From Prochlorococcus sp. AG-355-B18 (GTDB lineage Bacteria; Cyanobacteriota; Cyanobacteriia; PCC-6307; Cyanobiaceae), in assembly GCA_003280965.1 (NCBI GenBank), contig QCDI01000002.1, positions 42,581-106,580 on the forward strand: a stretch of 64,000 bases of DNA, read 5' to 3'. Shown here one piece after another: positions 1 to 12,214 of this stretch. Each line of letters opens with the position of its first letter. Within the stretch, counting starts at the first letter, position 1. Both the position numbers and the translations under genes were made by a program. The notes under the pieces are model-generated. The model had not been told where the DNA came from. It ran no database searches and saw only the letters and a program-made list of their open reading frames with translations.

Positions 1-23
1 CTCCTAGTGAATCAATTCGTAAA

Positions 24-758
24 TCATGAGGCACGAATCACACCCCTTTCAACTTGAGCAGGAACGATATCTAAGCAATCAAGCTCAGAACAACATTTAA
101 AATCATCCTCATAATCTCCAAGACTTGTCAATCTTTTGCCATGGGTCGCTGTTTTTAGACATTTCAAAATATCATTTTTCCAAAAATCCCATAATGCCAA
201 AGCAGCCTGTAATTCGTCATTCATAATATTAATTTCAAAATCACAGTTCTTTTCCAAGTAGGACGCCAAAGCACCAGCAGCTAAAGAATCCTCAAGTGAA
301 TATGAGCCTTCCCAACCACTACCCAGTATTAGAACATTTTCACTTTTTAATGAAATGATTTTTTCGGCTACTGCTTTTCTATTTGGAAGTCCCATAGCAA
401 ATAAATGCTTTGCATTTTGAACTTTTTGCAATGACTTGGTCCCATTTGTAGTACTCATAAATAGTCTTTTACCATTAACAACTTTTTTTGTAACTGATAA
501 AGGAGAGTTGCCTAAATCAAAACCTTCGATCTTCTTCCCGCCTCTCTCTCCAAGCATTAGTCTCTCTTCTGCCTTCCACTTAATTGCGGATACTTTCAAT
601 AAATCTAGATCTGCAAAAACTTGTATTGAGTCGGCGCCATTTTTTAAAGCCCAAGAAATTGTAGTCGTTGCTCTTAAAACATCAATAACAACTGCAATAT
701 CAGGATTTATTTCTGGAACATCTTTTGCAACGTGATAATAAGTAAGATTAATGATCAA
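24..758 (-). CDS. comB: 2-phosphosulfolactate phosphatase family protein (ComB-like)
   Basis: 244 aa ORF with VVIDVLRATTTI, GERGG, GNSP, TTNGT and EDSLAAG motifs of the ComB family; TTG start. Confidence 0.88.
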   Translation of the reverse strand: MIINLTYYHVAKDVPEINPDIAVVIDVLRATTTISWALKNGADSIQVFADLDLLKVSAIKWKAEERLMLGERGGKKIEGFDLGNSPLSVTKKVVNGKRLFMSTTNGTKSLQKVQNAKHLFAMGLPNRKAVAEKIISLKSENVLILGSGWEGSYSLEDSLAAGALASYLEKNCDFEINIMNDELQAALALWDFWKNDILKCLKTATHGKRLTSLGDYEDDFKCCSELDCLDIVPAQVERGVIRAS

Positions 759-878
759 ATCCTTTTGCTAGATTTATTATAGAAAACAGTTACTTACTTT
801 GAATATTTTTTTTTAAACACAAACTTATTGATAAAATATATTTACATTTGAATTTGTAAATTCTTTTCCAGTATTAAT

Positions 879-2195
879 TTGAAAATGAATAATATCCGCA
901 CAATAAAAGGTGGAGTTAATTTAAGAGGAAAAATAAAAGTACCTGGAGATAAATCAATCTCTCATAGAGCTTTGATAATTGGAAGTATTGCTAAGGGTGA
1001 AACTACAATTGAGGGGTTTTTACATTCTGAAGATCCGCTTTCGACTGCTGATTGTCTTAGAAAATTAGGTGTAAACATACCAGAAATAAAAAAAGATGAG
1101 CCTTTTAAGATTTCAGGGTTGGGTCTTGATGGATTAAAAGAGCCTAGAGAAGTTCTGAATTGTGGGAATTCAGGAACCACCATGCGATTATTAATGGGGT
1201 TATTAGCCGGTCAAGAAGATAAGAATTTTATCTTAACAGGGGATGATTCTCTTAATGGAAGACCAATGGGTAGAGTAGGAAAACCATTATCTTTAATGGG
1301 TGGCAAAATTTTTGGTAGAGAGAAAGGGAACAAAGCTCCGATCTCAATTGATGGGAATAAACTTAAAGGATGTGTTATAGGAACCCCTGTAGCAAGTGCT
1401 CAAGTGAAATCCGCAATATTATTAGCAGGCCTTAAAGCTTCTGGAACCACTTCTGTTATTGAGCCAGCATCTTCAAGAGATCATACCGAAAGAATGTTAA
1501 AAGCATTTGGAGCAGATATAAGTATCAGAGGAGAATTAGGAAGGAATGTAGTAATAAAGTCAGGGGGTAACTTAATTGGTCAGAGAATATTAATCCCTGG
1601 AGACATAAGCTCTGCTTCCTTTTGGATGATTGCTGCATCTATTGTTCCAAATTCGGAAATTTTAATTCAAAATGTCGGATTAAATCCCACTAGAACAGGG
1701 ATTTTAAATGTAATGGATTCCATGGGTTGCGATTATGAAATTTTAGATAAATCGACGATTGCAGGAGAACCTATTGGATCTATTAAAGTAAAGACTGCAG
1801 ATAATTTAAGATCATTCACTATTGAAGGTGATATTCTCCCAAAACTTATAGATGAAATTCCTATCCTTACTGTTGCTGCCTGTTTTTGTGACGGAGTTTC
1901 TGAAATTAAGGATGCACAAGAATTAAGAGTTAAGGAAACAGATCGATTAAAAGTCATGGCAAGACAGTTAAACAAATTCGGTGCTGAAATAATAGAAAAA
2001 GAAGATGGGCTAATTATTAATGGTCAATCAAAATTTCATTCTGCGGACGTAGACAGTGAGACGGATCATAGAGTAGCAATGAGTCTTGCTATTGCGTCAC
2101 TTCTGGCCAAAGGTACCTCAAAAATTAAGAGAGCAGATGCTGCTAGCGTCTCCTATCCCACTTTTTGGGAAGAGCTTGCCAAACTAACTAACTAA
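879..2195 (+). CDS. aroA: 3-phosphoshikimate 1-carboxyvinyltransferase (EPSP synthase)
   Basis: [33 protein letters not shown] and DHRVAM motifs; TTG at 879 or ATG at 885. Confidence 0.97.
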   Translation: MKMNNIRTIKGGVNLRGKIKVPGDKSISHRALIIGSIAKGETTIEGFLHSEDPLSTADCLRKLGVNIPEIKKDEPFKISGLGLDGLKEPREVLNCGNSGTTMRLLMGLLAGQEDKNFILTGDDSLNGRPMGRVGKPLSLMGGKIFGREKGNKAPISIDGNKLKGCVIGTPVASAQVKSAILLAGLKASGTTSVIEPASSRDHTERMLKAFGADISIRGELGRNVVIKSGGNLIGQRILIPGDISSASFWMIAASIVPNSEILIQNVGLNPTRTGILNVMDSMGCDYEILDKSTIAGEPIGSIKVKTADNLRSFTIEGDILPKLIDEIPILTVAACFCDGVSEIKDAQELRVKETDRLKVMARQLNKFGAEIIEKEDGLIINGQSKFHSADVDSETDHRVAMSLAIASLLAKGTSKIKRADAASVSYPTFWEELAKLTN

Positions 2196-2207
2196 CTTAA
2201 AAAGTTT

Positions 2208-3113
2208 TTGTCTGAATTAATTGAAGTTTTAACAAAAGATGGGAGTTACTCTTTAAAAAGTGTACTTTTTCAAGAGAATTTCCATAGCTTATTAGGAGCA
2301 TTGGAGGAAACAAAATTAAAGTTTACAGCTCCGTCTAATTTGCAAAGATTTAAGGGAAAATCTCTTAATGTTTTGGATATATGTTTTGGTTTAGGATACA
2401 ATTCCGCTTCTTTATTAAATGAATTAATTAAACAAAAATCGTATTTAAATTTGTATGCTTTAGAGATTGATAAAAAGCCTCTTGAATATTCGCTTAGAAA
2501 TGAATCTTTCCTGAATTTATGGGCTCCAAAAGTAAAAACAATATTTAAATCATTGTATCGAAAAGATTACTTCGAAGATCAATTTTTTAAATGTAGTCTT
2601 TTATGGGGTGATGCTAGAGAAAAAATTAACATTATTCCTTCATCTATTAAATTCGATCTAATTTATTTAGATGGTTTTTCTCCTCAAAAATGCCCACAAG
2701 TATGGACAATTGAATTTTTATCTAAAGTAAAAGAAAAGCTCAATTCTCAAGGGTATCTAATAACTTATTCTTCTTCAGCTGCAGTAAGAAAGACATTAAG
2801 AAATCTTGGATTAGAGATTTTTACTATTAAACCAAGATTTAATAACAGAACTTTTTGGAGTCAGGGAACAGTAGCAATATCAAAATTCGATAAGAATAAA
2901 TTGAAATCCAATTCCAACTTTGAAAAGTTATCTTTAATGGAAGAGGAACATCTCTTAACTAAAGCTAGTATTCCATATAGAGATAAAGATTTAAACTCAA
3001 GTAAAGACTACATAATTAAGAATAGATTAGATGAGCAATTATTATCAAATCTATTATCTACAAATAAATGGAGAGAGAAGTGGGGAATGACGAAGTTATC
3101 CGTTAAGAGTTAG
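2208..3113 (+). CDS. MnmC/MnmD-type tRNA U34 methyltransferase domain protein (stand-alone)
   Basis: TKDGSYSL..F.ENFHS, LDICFGLGYN SAM-binding motif, YLDGFSPQKCPQVWT and LITYSS motifs; no FAD oxidase domain. Confidence 0.8.
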   Translation: MSELIEVLTKDGSYSLKSVLFQENFHSLLGALEETKLKFTAPSNLQRFKGKSLNVLDICFGLGYNSASLLNELIKQKSYLNLYALEIDKKPLEYSLRNESFLNLWAPKVKTIFKSLYRKDYFEDQFFKCSLLWGDAREKINIIPSSIKFDLIYLDGFSPQKCPQVWTIEFLSKVKEKLNSQGYLITYSSSAAVRKTLRNLGLEIFTIKPRFNNRTFWSQGTVAISKFDKNKLKSNSNFEKLSLMEEEHLLTKASIPYRDKDLNSSKDYIIKNRLDEQLLSNLLSTNKWREKWGMTKLSVKS

Positions 3114-3138
3114 ATTTAAATAAGGATTACAAATAAAC

Positions 3139-4488
3139 ATGTTAAGTGTTGCGATATTAGCGGCAGGCAAGGGCACTAGGATGGAAAGCTCATTGCCAAA
3201 AGTTTTACATAAAATTTCTGGCAAAAGTCTTCTTCAAAGAGTAATTGATTCATGTGCTCAATTAAAACCTGATCAAATTTTTGTAATTACAGGACACAAA
3301 TCAAAAGAAGTACAAAAGTCAATCCCAAACGATAAAAAAATCCATGTTGTTATTCAAGAACCTCAATCAGGAACCGGTCATGCTATTCAGATACTTTGTA
3401 GACAAGTAAAAAAACATGAAGGAAAACTTTTGGTATTGAACGGCGATGTGCCACTCATAAGGCCTAGGACTCTAAAAAAACTTTTATGTTTACACGATTC
3501 AAAAAATGCTGATGTTTCTTTAATTACAACAAAGAAAAAGAATCCTCATGGATATGGAAGAGTATTTTTGAAGGAGGACTTTATAGAGAAAATTGTTGAA
3601 GAAAAAGATTGCAACGATCTTGAAAGAGAAAATCCATTAATAAATGCAGGTATTTATTGTTTTAACTGGAATAAATTGTCAGAGATAATTAATAATTTGC
3701 AAAGCAATAATATTCAAAAAGAAATTTACTTAACAGATACAGTATCTTTGCTAAATAATTCCTTAAGCCTAGAGATAGAGGATAATGGAGAGCTTCAAGG
3801 AATTAATAACAGAATTCAATTATCAGAGTGCGAGGAAATTATTCAGAATTTAATTAAAGAAAAGCATATGCTTAATGGTGTAACTTTTATAAATAAAGCA
3901 AGTTGTTCAATTAGTGAAGAAGCTGAAATTGGTAAGGATGTGATTGTAGAGGCTAATACACATATAAGGGGAAGTACCAAAATAAATAGTTATTGCATTA
4001 TCGGTCCGAATGCTTTTATTGAGAATTCTAAGGTGGGATTAAATTGCGAAATTTCAAACTCTACTGTTTATGCTTCTGAGATTATGGATTATATAAAAAT
4101 TGGCCCTTATAGCCATATAAGACCTAATTCCAAAATATCTTCCTATAGCAAAATTGGTAATTTTGTTGAAATCAAAAATAGTCAATTAGAGGAAGAAACT
4201 AAAGTCAACCATTTAAGTTATATTGGCGATTCTATTATTGGAAGATCTACAAATATTGGAGCAGGAACTATTACTGCAAATTTTGATGGTCAGAAAAAAC
4301 ACCAAACAAGAATTGGCAAGAATTCCAGTATTGGTGCAAATACAGTATTTGTTGCGCCAATAAATCTCGGGGAATCAGTTACAACAGGAGCTGGTTCAGT
4401 GATCACCAAAGACTCCAAAAATAATTCATTAGCAATTTCAAGAACTAAGCAAGTAAATATAGAAAATTGGAAAAGAAAAAAATCTTGA
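3139..4488 (+). CDS. glmU: Bifunctional UDP-GlcNAc pyrophosphorylase / glucosamine-1-phosphate acetyltransferase
   Basis: [23 protein letters not shown]-terminal hexapeptide repeats, HLSYIGD and [10 protein letters not shown]. Confidence 0.97.
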   Translation: MLSVAILAAGKGTRMESSLPKVLHKISGKSLLQRVIDSCAQLKPDQIFVITGHKSKEVQKSIPNDKKIHVVIQEPQSGTGHAIQILCRQVKKHEGKLLVLNGDVPLIRPRTLKKLLCLHDSKNADVSLITTKKKNPHGYGRVFLKEDFIEKIVEEKDCNDLERENPLINAGIYCFNWNKLSEIINNLQSNNIQKEIYLTDTVSLLNNSLSLEIEDNGELQGINNRIQLSECEEIIQNLIKEKHMLNGVTFINKASCSISEEAEIGKDVIVEANTHIRGSTKINSYCIIGPNAFIENSKVGLNCEISNSTVYASEIMDYIKIGPYSHIRPNSKISSYSKIGNFVEIKNSQLEEETKVNHLSYIGDSIIGRSTNIGAGTITANFDGQKKHQTRIGKNSSIGANTVFVAPINLGESVTTGAGSVITKDSKNNSLAISRTKQVNIENWKRKKS

Positions 4489-4489
4489 T

Positions 4490-5863
4490 CTAATTAATTA
4501 ATTCAATAATTTTTTCAAGCTGCCAACATCTGCTACCTTTTATAAGTATAGAATCGCCTTGTTTTGTAGAATTGTTTATCTCTTTAGGTACATCATTAAT
4601 ATTATTCAAAACTAAAAATTTATTCTTATCTTTTAGATAATTACTGTAATTTTTTTCATTTTTTTTATCGCAAATAAATAAACATTTTTCTATTTCTGAA
4701 TTATTTATTAAGTTGAATATTTCTATATGATATTTTTCAGATTCTTCTCCCAATTCTTGCATACTTCCAAATATGAAAAATTTATTTCTCGGTTTTTCAA
4801 GAAGACTTTTAATACATGCTTTTACTGACTCTGGCGAAGCATTATATGATTCATCATATATTGTTGTTTTGATTGATTTAAGAATTTTATTCCTTCCACC
4901 TAAACTTACAAAATCAAATTTATTAAAGCTGGCAAAATCAATGCCAAACTCTTTAGCAACTGCATAAGCAAATAAGAAATTCGAAGCATTGTGAAATCCC
5001 TCAAATGAAATTTGAAAGGTATTTTCTTCAATTAAAATTGTTTTATTCGAAGGATTATAAAATCCTCGCAAATTATCGTCTTTCTTAAAGCTCTCCTTTT
5101 GACTTTCTCCATCTAATAATTCTACTTTCATTACTCTACCTTTCCAGTATCCTTTTAAGGTTTCCTCTAAAGAATTATCATTTGCTGGAATTATTACAAC
5201 TCCTTTAGGATTTAAAAACTTACTAATTTCACACTTTGCACAAGTAATATTTTTTTTCGAGCCTAACAATCCAATATGTGCTGTTCCAATATTAGTAATA
5301 ACTGCAATATCGGGTTTACTATATTTAGACAAATTTTCGATCTGTCCAAGGCCTCTCATGCCCATCTCAAGTACCAAAACTTTATCTTCTACATCTGTGT
5401 CAAGAATACTAAGACCAACCCCAATCTCATTATTGAAATTTGCATGGGATAGTTTAACTTTTCCAAGTTTTTTTAAAACTTCACCAATCATTTCTTTAGT
5501 TGTTGTTTTACCCACTGAACCAGTTATTGCAACCAATGGTATATTTAATTTTTTTCTTTTAAGAAGAGTTAATTTTTGAAATGCCTCTAATGTATCATTT
5601 ACAACCCAATAAGGAAAATCACTGGGAAGTAATTTCTGCATACCTTCTTTAATTACAACTGCTTTAACTTCTTTCTTTAAAACCTCTGGCAAAAAATTAT
5701 GCGCGTCAAAATTTTTACCCTTTATAGCTATAAAGAGATCATTTTTTAATAAAGTTCTACTATCAATACTTATATTTTTAAATTTAAAAAAATTTATTTT
5801 TTCCCCTCCAGGATTTTTAATATCACCCAATACGTCGTTTAATTCTGATAAAGAAAAATCCAT
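4490..5863 (-). CDS. murF: UDP-N-acetylmuramoyl-tripeptide--D-Ala-D-Ala ligase
   Basis: IDSR, AITGSVGKTTTKE, NFNNEIG, LEMGM, ESYNASPES and KGSR motifs. Confidence 0.95.
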   Translation of the reverse strand: MDFSLSELNDVLGDIKNPGGEKINFFKFKNISIDSRTLLKNDLFIAIKGKNFDAHNFLPEVLKKEVKAVVIKEGMQKLLPSDFPYWVVNDTLEAFQKLTLLKRKKLNIPLVAITGSVGKTTTKEMIGEVLKKLGKVKLSHANFNNEIGVGLSILDTDVEDKVLVLEMGMRGLGQIENLSKYSKPDIAVITNIGTAHIGLLGSKKNITCAKCEISKFLNPKGVVIIPANDNSLEETLKGYWKGRVMKVELLDGESQKESFKKDDNLRGFYNPSNKTILIEENTFQISFEGFHNASNFLFAYAVAKEFGIDFASFNKFDFVSLGGRNKILKSIKTTIYDESYNASPESVKACIKSLLEKPRNKFFIFGSMQELGEESEKYHIEIFNLINNSEIEKCLFICDKKNEKNYSNYLKDKNKFLVLNNINDVPKEINNSTKQGDSILIKGSRCWQLEKIIELIN

Positions 5864-5875
5864 TAATATGTTAAG

Positions 5876-7327
5876 TCATACTTTTTTTAAAGATGGATCA
5901 GCAGATTGACCATAAGAGAACTTTTCAACTTCAGCAACATCTGGAGATGGCTCCTTTATTCCGCAAACATCTTTATACATAATTTCGTATTCGAGAGCTG
6001 ATCTTTGCCAACTGAACTCTTGGCTCATGGCTCTTTTTTGCAGTGATTCCCAGCTATCTTTATGCCTAAATGCCTCCCAAGATCTTACTAATGAAGTATA
6101 GAAATCTATAGGCTCAAAACGATCAAAGCAAAAACCCGTACCACTATTGTTTTCTGGGTCATGAGGTAAAACTGTGTCAACCAAGCCTCCAACTCTTCTT
6201 ACAATTGGAATTGAGCCATATCTCATAGCAAGAAGTTGACTAATGCCACAAGGTTCGAATCTACTTGGCATTAAAAATGCATCGGAGCCACCATATATAA
6301 GCCTTGATAAAGAATCATCATAAGTAAGAAATACTGAAAATCTGCCCGGGTAATCTAACGCTAATTGCCATAATCCTGATTCTAAATATCTATCACCCGT
6401 CCCTAAAACAGCTATTTGCGAATCTGTATATGCTAAAAGTCTTCTTGAAACTTGTAGAAGTAAATCAACTCCTTTCTGATCAACCAATCTACTAACCATA
6501 CCTAAAAGATATTTTTTAGGGTTAACTTCAAGGCCCATTTCTCTCTGAAGTATTTTCTTATTTTCACTCCTCTTTTCTAAATTTTTAATACTAAATTTTG
6601 CTGGAAGAACTGGATCTTTTGCTGGATTCCATTCATCTAGATCTATACCATTAAGAATCCCTCGTAATTTACCTGATATGTAATTAAGTAATCCTTCAAG
6701 GCTTTCCCCATATTCATGAGTTTTAATTTCATAAGCATAAGTGGGAGAAACAGCATTTACCCTATCTGCGTATAACATAGCCGCTGCCATTGTGTGGTCT
6801 CCGTGCATATACCAAGGACACCAAGTCATTTTTTCTAGTTTCCATCTCCAGGGTCCTTGGTATTTTAAATTATGGATTGTAAAAACAGTGCTAATTTCGG
6901 GGTCTTGATGCATCCACACAGGAATCATTCCAGTGTGCCAATCATGGCAATGGAGAACTTGAGGCTTCCAACAATTCCAGGCAAATTCTGCAGTTGCACT
7001 AGCAAAAAATGTAAAGCGCCAGTCTTCATTTTCACCTCCGTATATTTGGTCAGAGTCAAATGTTGGATGCCCAACTAGGTAAATTACATAATTATGAATG
7101 GGATGTTTTGCTTCATATACGGCGAAATCAGTGCCCATTGTATTTGCACTAAAGACTGGTTCATTAGATACCTCTAGAAGACTCCACAATTTCCCATACC
7201 CTGGAATTATTACCCTTACATCGTGACCAAGTTTTATCAAAGATGGAGGTAAAGAACCAACTACATCTCCCATACCTCCAACTTTGATCATTGGAGCACA
7301 TTCAGCAGCGGCAAGAAGAATTCTCAT
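5876..7327 (-). CDS. glgA: Glycogen synthase
   Basis: [32 protein letters not shown] and [12 protein letters not shown] motifs. Confidence 0.97.
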   Translation of the reverse strand: MRILLAAAECAPMIKVGGMGDVVGSLPPSLIKLGHDVRVIIPGYGKLWSLLEVSNEPVFSANTMGTDFAVYEAKHPIHNYVIYLVGHPTFDSDQIYGGENEDWRFTFFASATAEFAWNCWKPQVLHCHDWHTGMIPVWMHQDPEISTVFTIHNLKYQGPWRWKLEKMTWCPWYMHGDHTMAAAMLYADRVNAVSPTYAYEIKTHEYGESLEGLLNYISGKLRGILNGIDLDEWNPAKDPVLPAKFSIKNLEKRSENKKILQREMGLEVNPKKYLLGMVSRLVDQKGVDLLLQVSRRLLAYTDSQIAVLGTGDRYLESGLWQLALDYPGRFSVFLTYDDSLSRLIYGGSDAFLMPSRFEPCGISQLLAMRYGSIPIVRRVGGLVDTVLPHDPENNSGTGFCFDRFEPIDFYTSLVRSWEAFRHKDSWESLQKRAMSQEFSWQRSALEYEIMYKDVCGIKEPSPDVAEVEKFSYGQSADPSLKKV

Positions 7328-7363
7328 TGATAATTATTTAAAAAGTTCTTTTGAAGAAATAAA

Positions 7364-8221
7364 CTATGGTGTCCATTTGTAGTCAGAAAAATCTGGTGGA
7401 CGCTTTTCAAGAAAGGCATCTCTACCTTCTTGAGCTTCTTTAGTCGAATAAAATAATTGAGTTGCGTATCCAGATAACTCTTGAATACCTGCAATTCCAT
7501 CATTCTCGGCATTGAATGAAGCTTTAAGAATACGAATAGCAGTTGGACTATTTCGTAAAATCTCTCTTGCCCAGATTACACCCTCAGCTTCTAATTCTTC
7601 AATCTTTGTTATTGCATTTATCAAGCCCATCTCAAGAGCTTCCTTGGAATTATATTTTCTACATAGGAACCAAATTTCTTTTGCTTTTCTTTGACCAACA
7701 AGTCTTGCTAAATAACTAGATCCAAATCCCGCATCAAAACTACCAACTCTTGGACCTGTTTGACCAAATATTGCATTTTCAGAGGCGATACTGAGATCAC
7801 AAATTAAATGAAGTACCTGACCTCCTCCAATAGCAAAACCAGGAATTAAGGCAATAACCACTTTAGGCAAACTTCTTATTAATCTTTGAAGTTCAAGTAC
7901 ATTTAATCTCTGCTTCCCTTTATCATTTTTATATCCATTTTCACCTCTTACACTCTGATCGCCTCCAGAGCAAAAAGAATAAATACCTTTCTTGTCAGGT
8001 CCCGCACCTGTAAACAGAACTACTCCAATAGTTTCATCATTTCTTACGATATTAAATGCCTTAATTAGTTCATCTACAGTTTGAGGTCTAAATGCATTTC
8101 TTTTTTCAGGCCGATTAATTGCAATTCTCGCAATTCCCTCATCTGATTTGTGAAACAATATATCCTCATAAGATTTGCATTCTGACCAATTTAAAGTTGT
8201 TTTACCAGGTAATACTTTCAT
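7364..8221 (-). CDS. menB: 1,4-dihydroxy-2-naphthoyl-CoA synthase
   Basis: Crotonase fold; [29 protein letters not shown] and [10 protein letters not shown] motifs. Confidence 0.97.
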   Translation of the reverse strand: MKVLPGKTTLNWSECKSYEDILFHKSDEGIARIAINRPEKRNAFRPQTVDELIKAFNIVRNDETIGVVLFTGAGPDKKGIYSFCSGGDQSVRGENGYKNDKGKQRLNVLELQRLIRSLPKVVIALIPGFAIGGGQVLHLICDLSIASENAIFGQTGPRVGSFDAGFGSSYLARLVGQRKAKEIWFLCRKYNSKEALEMGLINAITKIEELEAEGVIWAREILRNSPTAIRILKASFNAENDGIAGIQELSGYATQLFYSTKEAQEGRDAFLEKRPPDFSDYKWTP

Positions 8222-8256
8222 GAAACCTAATTATTCAAAAATAGAAAATGATAAAT

Positions 8257-10020
8257 TTAACTGCTAATTATTTTTTCTAGCAGAGCATTTTTTTCACAAA
8301 TTTCATTTTCTGGATCAATATCAACTTTAATTATTACAGATTTCTGGATGGAAATGCTCCAATCGAATGCCTCTCGTAATTTTTTAAAATTTGCCACACT
8401 TTTAAATTTTACTTGATAAGCCTCTGCGAGTTTTGGCCAGTTTATTTCTTTTGGCATAAGAAAAAGTTTTTTTAATTCATCTTCTTTTAAATTTTCTTTA
8501 TAAATACGATTAAATATATTTCCGCCATAATTATTTATCAGAAGAATTGTTAAATTCATGTCGATTGAATTTTCAATCAGCCAACCGTTTATATCATGAA
8601 TAAAAGCTAAATCTCCAGTCACAAGAAGTAGAGGATTTTTAATTCTCGAAATACCTAATGCAAGAGATAAAGTACCGTCTATGCCGGAAGCTCCTCTAAA
8701 ACTGAAACAATTTCTTGTTAAAGTATTATTCTCAGAAAATGTAAGCCAATCTCTAATCGGGCTGCTCGCGGAGAGCATTATAGGATTTTCAGCTGGCCAA
8801 AGTTTTGGAACAAGATTTGCAAGCATATACTCAGTAATTTGATTATCTTGTGTAATTTTCTCTTTTAAAATTCCTTTAATCTGCTCGCCTTGCTCTATTA
8901 GATCTAGCGCCATCGGAGTAAGAGACTTTTTATTTTTTTCGTTAATTGATAATTCTTTTAACAATAAAGTAGTAAAATTTGATAACCCAAAATCATATTC
9001 AAATGATTTTTTTATAGGGTCCAATTTTCTATAGTTTTTTTCTTTTATAAGAATTTGTATCCCTTCAAAGTTTATTAAAAACTTCTCCAAATCAATTGAG
9101 GATGACATAGGGCCAAGCCTCAAAAGTTGATGACAATTTATTGAATTTTGATTTTTTCTTAAGACTAATTCCCAATTTACAACTAATCCTCTCAAATCAG
9201 AATAAACTCCTGAAACAGGATCAGCGAATACCGGCCAACCAGTAATTTCTTGTAATTGTTCTAAAGATTTGTTGAAAGAAGATAAGTCATTTATAGAACC
9301 TTGATAGGGACCTACCAAAATAATGCCAGATTCATCTAAATTTAAAATTTTTGAAATTTCTAAGAATTTGTTTTTATTAGACTTTATTTCAACTTCCTGA
9401 AATATATATTTTTTATTTAAATAAATTCTCTCAAAAACCTCTAAAACATTTTTTTTATTCAAAAATGAAATACCTAAAGGCTTATCAATAGGAATATTTA
9501 AATGAATAGGACCAGGGAAGGTTGATATTTGTTTCTCAGTAATTCGAACTAAATTCAAGATTTCATTTTCTTGTGTTTCATGAAGTCCATTTAGATTTGT
9601 ACTTAAAACCCTTCTGCAGACTGAACTCAAAAAATCTTCCTGATTTACTGTTTGATTAGCGCCACAATCTTTTAATCTTAAGGGTCTATCAGCAGTAAGA
9701 AATATAATATTTTTACAAGATCGGTCTGCCTCAACTGCTGCTGGCAATAAGTTACTTACGGCAGTCCCAGAAGTAGTAATAACTAAAGAAAGATCACCTG
9801 ATGCAGCAGAAATCCCAAGAGAGTGGAATCCCGCAGATCTCTCATCTATTGAATTAAAAATGTTTATCAGTCCTAATTTATTTAATTCTCCAGCAGCTAT
9901 TGCTAAAGGTGCTGATCTACTGCCAGGACATAGTATTAAATTTTGAACTCCTATTTTTATAAGAAGATTCAAAAGTTGTAAACTTCTAAGAAAATTTTTG
10001 CATTCAATAGATGATGTCAT
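8257..10020 (-). CDS. menD: SEPHCHC synthase (ThDP-dependent)
   Basis: [37 protein letters not shown] and [13 protein letters not shown] motifs. Confidence 0.95.
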   Translation of the reverse strand: MTSSIECKNFLRSLQLLNLLIKIGVQNLILCPGSRSAPLAIAAGELNKLGLINIFNSIDERSAGFHSLGISAASGDLSLVITTSGTAVSNLLPAAVEADRSCKNIIFLTADRPLRLKDCGANQTVNQEDFLSSVCRRVLSTNLNGLHETQENEILNLVRITEKQISTFPGPIHLNIPIDKPLGISFLNKKNVLEVFERIYLNKKYIFQEVEIKSNKNKFLEISKILNLDESGIILVGPYQGSINDLSSFNKSLEQLQEITGWPVFADPVSGVYSDLRGLVVNWELVLRKNQNSINCHQLLRLGPMSSSIDLEKFLINFEGIQILIKEKNYRKLDPIKKSFEYDFGLSNFTTLLLKELSINEKNKKSLTPMALDLIEQGEQIKGILKEKITQDNQITEYMLANLVPKLWPAENPIMLSASSPIRDWLTFSENNTLTRNCFSFRGASGIDGTLSLALGISRIKNPLLLVTGDLAFIHDINGWLIENSIDMNLTILLINNYGGNIFNRIYKENLKEDELKKLFLMPKEINWPKLAEAYQVKFKSVANFKKLREAFDWSISIQKSVIIKVDIDPENEICEKNALLEKIISS

Positions 10021-10069
10021 AATTTATGTAAATGCTTTGCGATTTCCTAATAACAGAATTAAATAAAAC

Positions 10070-10654
10070 ATGTCTACAACTCAAGAAAAAAGAAATTTAA
10101 TACTAAAGGATTTAAAAAATCTTTTAATCTGGATATCTATAGCTCTAATTATACGATGGCAGGTAGTAGAGCCTAGATGGATCCCATCCGGTTCAATGCT
10201 TCCAACTCTTCAAATACAAGATAAAATTCTCGTTGAGAAAGTAACCCCCAAAATCACATCCAAATCAAATCTTTCAAAATTAAAGAATAAAATAGTTGTT
10301 TTTAATGTTCCGGAACAATTAATTAATGCTGGTTATGAAGCAGATACTGCACTAATAAAAAGAGTAATTGGAATACCTGGAGACAAGGTAGAAGTAAGAG
10401 AGGGTAACCTTTACTTAAATGATATCGCTCAAAATAATTACGTTTTTGACAAAAATATTAATTATTCTATAGGGCCTTTTATTGTCCCAGAAGAGTCATT
10501 ATGGGTGATGGGAGATAACAGAAATAACAGTATGGACTCACATATTTGGGGATTTTTACCCTATGAAAAGGTTATTGGCAAAGCTATTTTTAGATATTGG
10601 CCGTTTAATAAAATTGGACCTATTCGGTTCCCTGCCCTTAATAATTTAGATTAA
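10070..10654 (+). CDS. lepB: Signal peptidase I
   Basis: One TM segment then IPSGSMLPTL (Ser), IKRVIG (Lys) and MGDNRNNSMDSH boxes. Confidence 0.95.
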   Translation: MSTTQEKRNLILKDLKNLLIWISIALIIRWQVVEPRWIPSGSMLPTLQIQDKILVEKVTPKITSKSNLSKLKNKIVVFNVPEQLINAGYEADTALIKRVIGIPGDKVEVREGNLYLNDIAQNNYVFDKNINYSIGPFIVPEESLWVMGDNRNNSMDSHIWGFLPYEKVIGKAIFRYWPFNKIGPIRFPALNNLD

Positions 10655-10699
10655 TGGGTACTTAATGTTGTAAGGTTTTTATATCTTGAAGTTGTAGAA

Positions 10700-11035
10700 A
10701 TGTTTAATCCAGAATTTCTTGCTACTGAAAATAATGATCCAAACGATGAGAATGATTTAATTCAATATTTACAAAAACAATCTCCTGAAGTTTTACAAAG
10801 AGTCGCAAAGTCAGCTAGTGAAGATATTCAAGAAATTATTAGACATAATGTTCAAGGTCTTCTTGGAATGCTTCCTTCAGATCAATTTGATGTAAAAATA
10901 ACATCTTCAAAAGACAACATTGCTAATTTATTATCATCTGCAATGATGACAGGATATTTCTTAAGACAAATGGAGCAAAGAAAAGAGCTGGAACAAACTC
11001 TTAAAAATGATGAAAATATGTCTATTGAAGAATAA
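10700..11035 (+). CDS. DUF760-family conserved cyanobacterial protein
   Basis: NDLIQYLQ, VQGLLGMLP and LLSSAMMTGYFLR..E.R pattern recalled for DUF760. Confidence 0.75.
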   Translation: MFNPEFLATENNDPNDENDLIQYLQKQSPEVLQRVAKSASEDIQEIIRHNVQGLLGMLPSDQFDVKITSSKDNIANLLSSAMMTGYFLRQMEQRKELEQTLKNDENMSIEE

Positions 11036-11041
11036 AAGTTT

Positions 11042-12214
11042 TTAAAGATTTACTTCTTCAGGAATTATTCCTAGTTCAAACAACTTTTTATATAAACCCA
11101 TCAAAAATTTATTATCCTCAGGAAGTTTGTCCCACTTTTGGGAATTAATTTCATTAATTAATTTTTGACAATCTTCTATTGTAAATTTTATAGGTGCCGT
11201 AAAATGAGCTGGAATTAGATATTCCATATCTTCAAGAGACTTGATATTTTCTAACCATTTAAGTAAAACTTCTTTTGAACGCGGAAAAATTAATTTTTGT
11301 AAAACTGGTGCAATTTGAATCTTAGGAGTATCTTTACCCATTATTTCAAAAAGAGAGGATTCCCAATCTTCGTCCCATAAAAAAGGATAAATACCGAAAT
11401 GAGATCTCCAATTTCTAAGATCTTTTTTGAATGAATACTTAAGTATTTTTTTTAAAGGGGGAATATTTAATTTACCTGGTTTCAAAAAAGATGAAAATAA
11501 GACTAATCTTTTCCATCCTTTTTTTCTTTGTTCGATTGAGTCAATCAAAGGTTCATCTCCTCTCTCTCTAGAATGAAAAAGAAGTGGAGTTGGATCAAAA
11601 TTAAATATCTCAGGTGGTGTAGAGTCTATTCCAACTATTGCGTCAGTTACATGAAGAGTTTTCGTAGGATAATGGAAACAGCTTATCTCCTGATACCTTC
11701 CAAGTCCTAAATTCAGTGGGCCTAATGAAGACCATTTAAAGGAGTTTGCATGTGGAGTACCTTCCTCAAACAGTATTCTTGATCTTTTTGACGGAATTCC
11801 TAAAAAATCTAGTGGTAGGTTTATGGGGAAACTCCATTGTCCAGGACAAAGCCAAATTTCTGCATCTTTAAAAATTCTTGAAAGAGCTGGCAGTCCAATT
11901 TTATGTTCTAGTCCAGAGGCACTCGGTAGAATTATTGTTTTTATTTTGCCGTGAATCGCAATTAATTTTTCCAACTCATTTATTAATTCTTTTGTCGGAG
12001 GCAGTGGATTCATCAGCATCAATCCATTATCAACCTTTATTACCGTCATTCTTATTGGAACTGCAACATAATAAAGTCCCTGTATTTGTTCCAAGGACCA
12101 TATTTGATCAGGAATTAATTCTCTTAAAATTGTTTTCTTTTTTCCATAAGGATATAAGGGGAATAATGGCCACCAATTCCACTTTTTATTCAAAGTTTCT
12201 TCCACCACCATCAT
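11042..12214 (-). CDS. DUF4336-family protein (metallo-beta-lactamase-like)
   Basis: IRMTVIK, SGLEHK, HVTDA and IPAHF motifs; start overlaps the upstream permease stop (ATGA). Confidence 0.75.
   Translation of the reverse strand: MMVVEETLNKKWNWWPLFPLYPYGKKKTILRELIPDQIWSLEQIQGLYYVAVPIRMTVIKVDNGLMLMNPLPPTKELINELEKLIAIHGKIKTIILPSASGLEHKIGLPALSRIFKDAEIWLCPGQWSFPINLPLDFLGIPSKRSRILFEEGTPHANSFKWSSLGPLNLGLGRYQEISCFHYPTKTLHVTDAIVGIDSTPPEIFNFDPTPLLFHSRERGDEPLIDSIEQRKKGWKRLVLFSSFLKPGKLNIPPLKKILKYSFKKDLRNWRSHFGIYPFLWDEDWESSLFEIMGKDTPKIQIAPVLQKLIFPRSKEVLLKWLENIKSLEDMEYLIPAHFTAPIKFTIEDCQKLINEINSQKWDKLPEDNKFLMGLYKKLFELGIIPEEVNL

Noticed and set aside
436-1975. Short opposite-strand ORFs over comB and aroA (436-735, 962-1183, 1733-1975)
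   Set aside because: Antisense shadows of confidently assigned genes.
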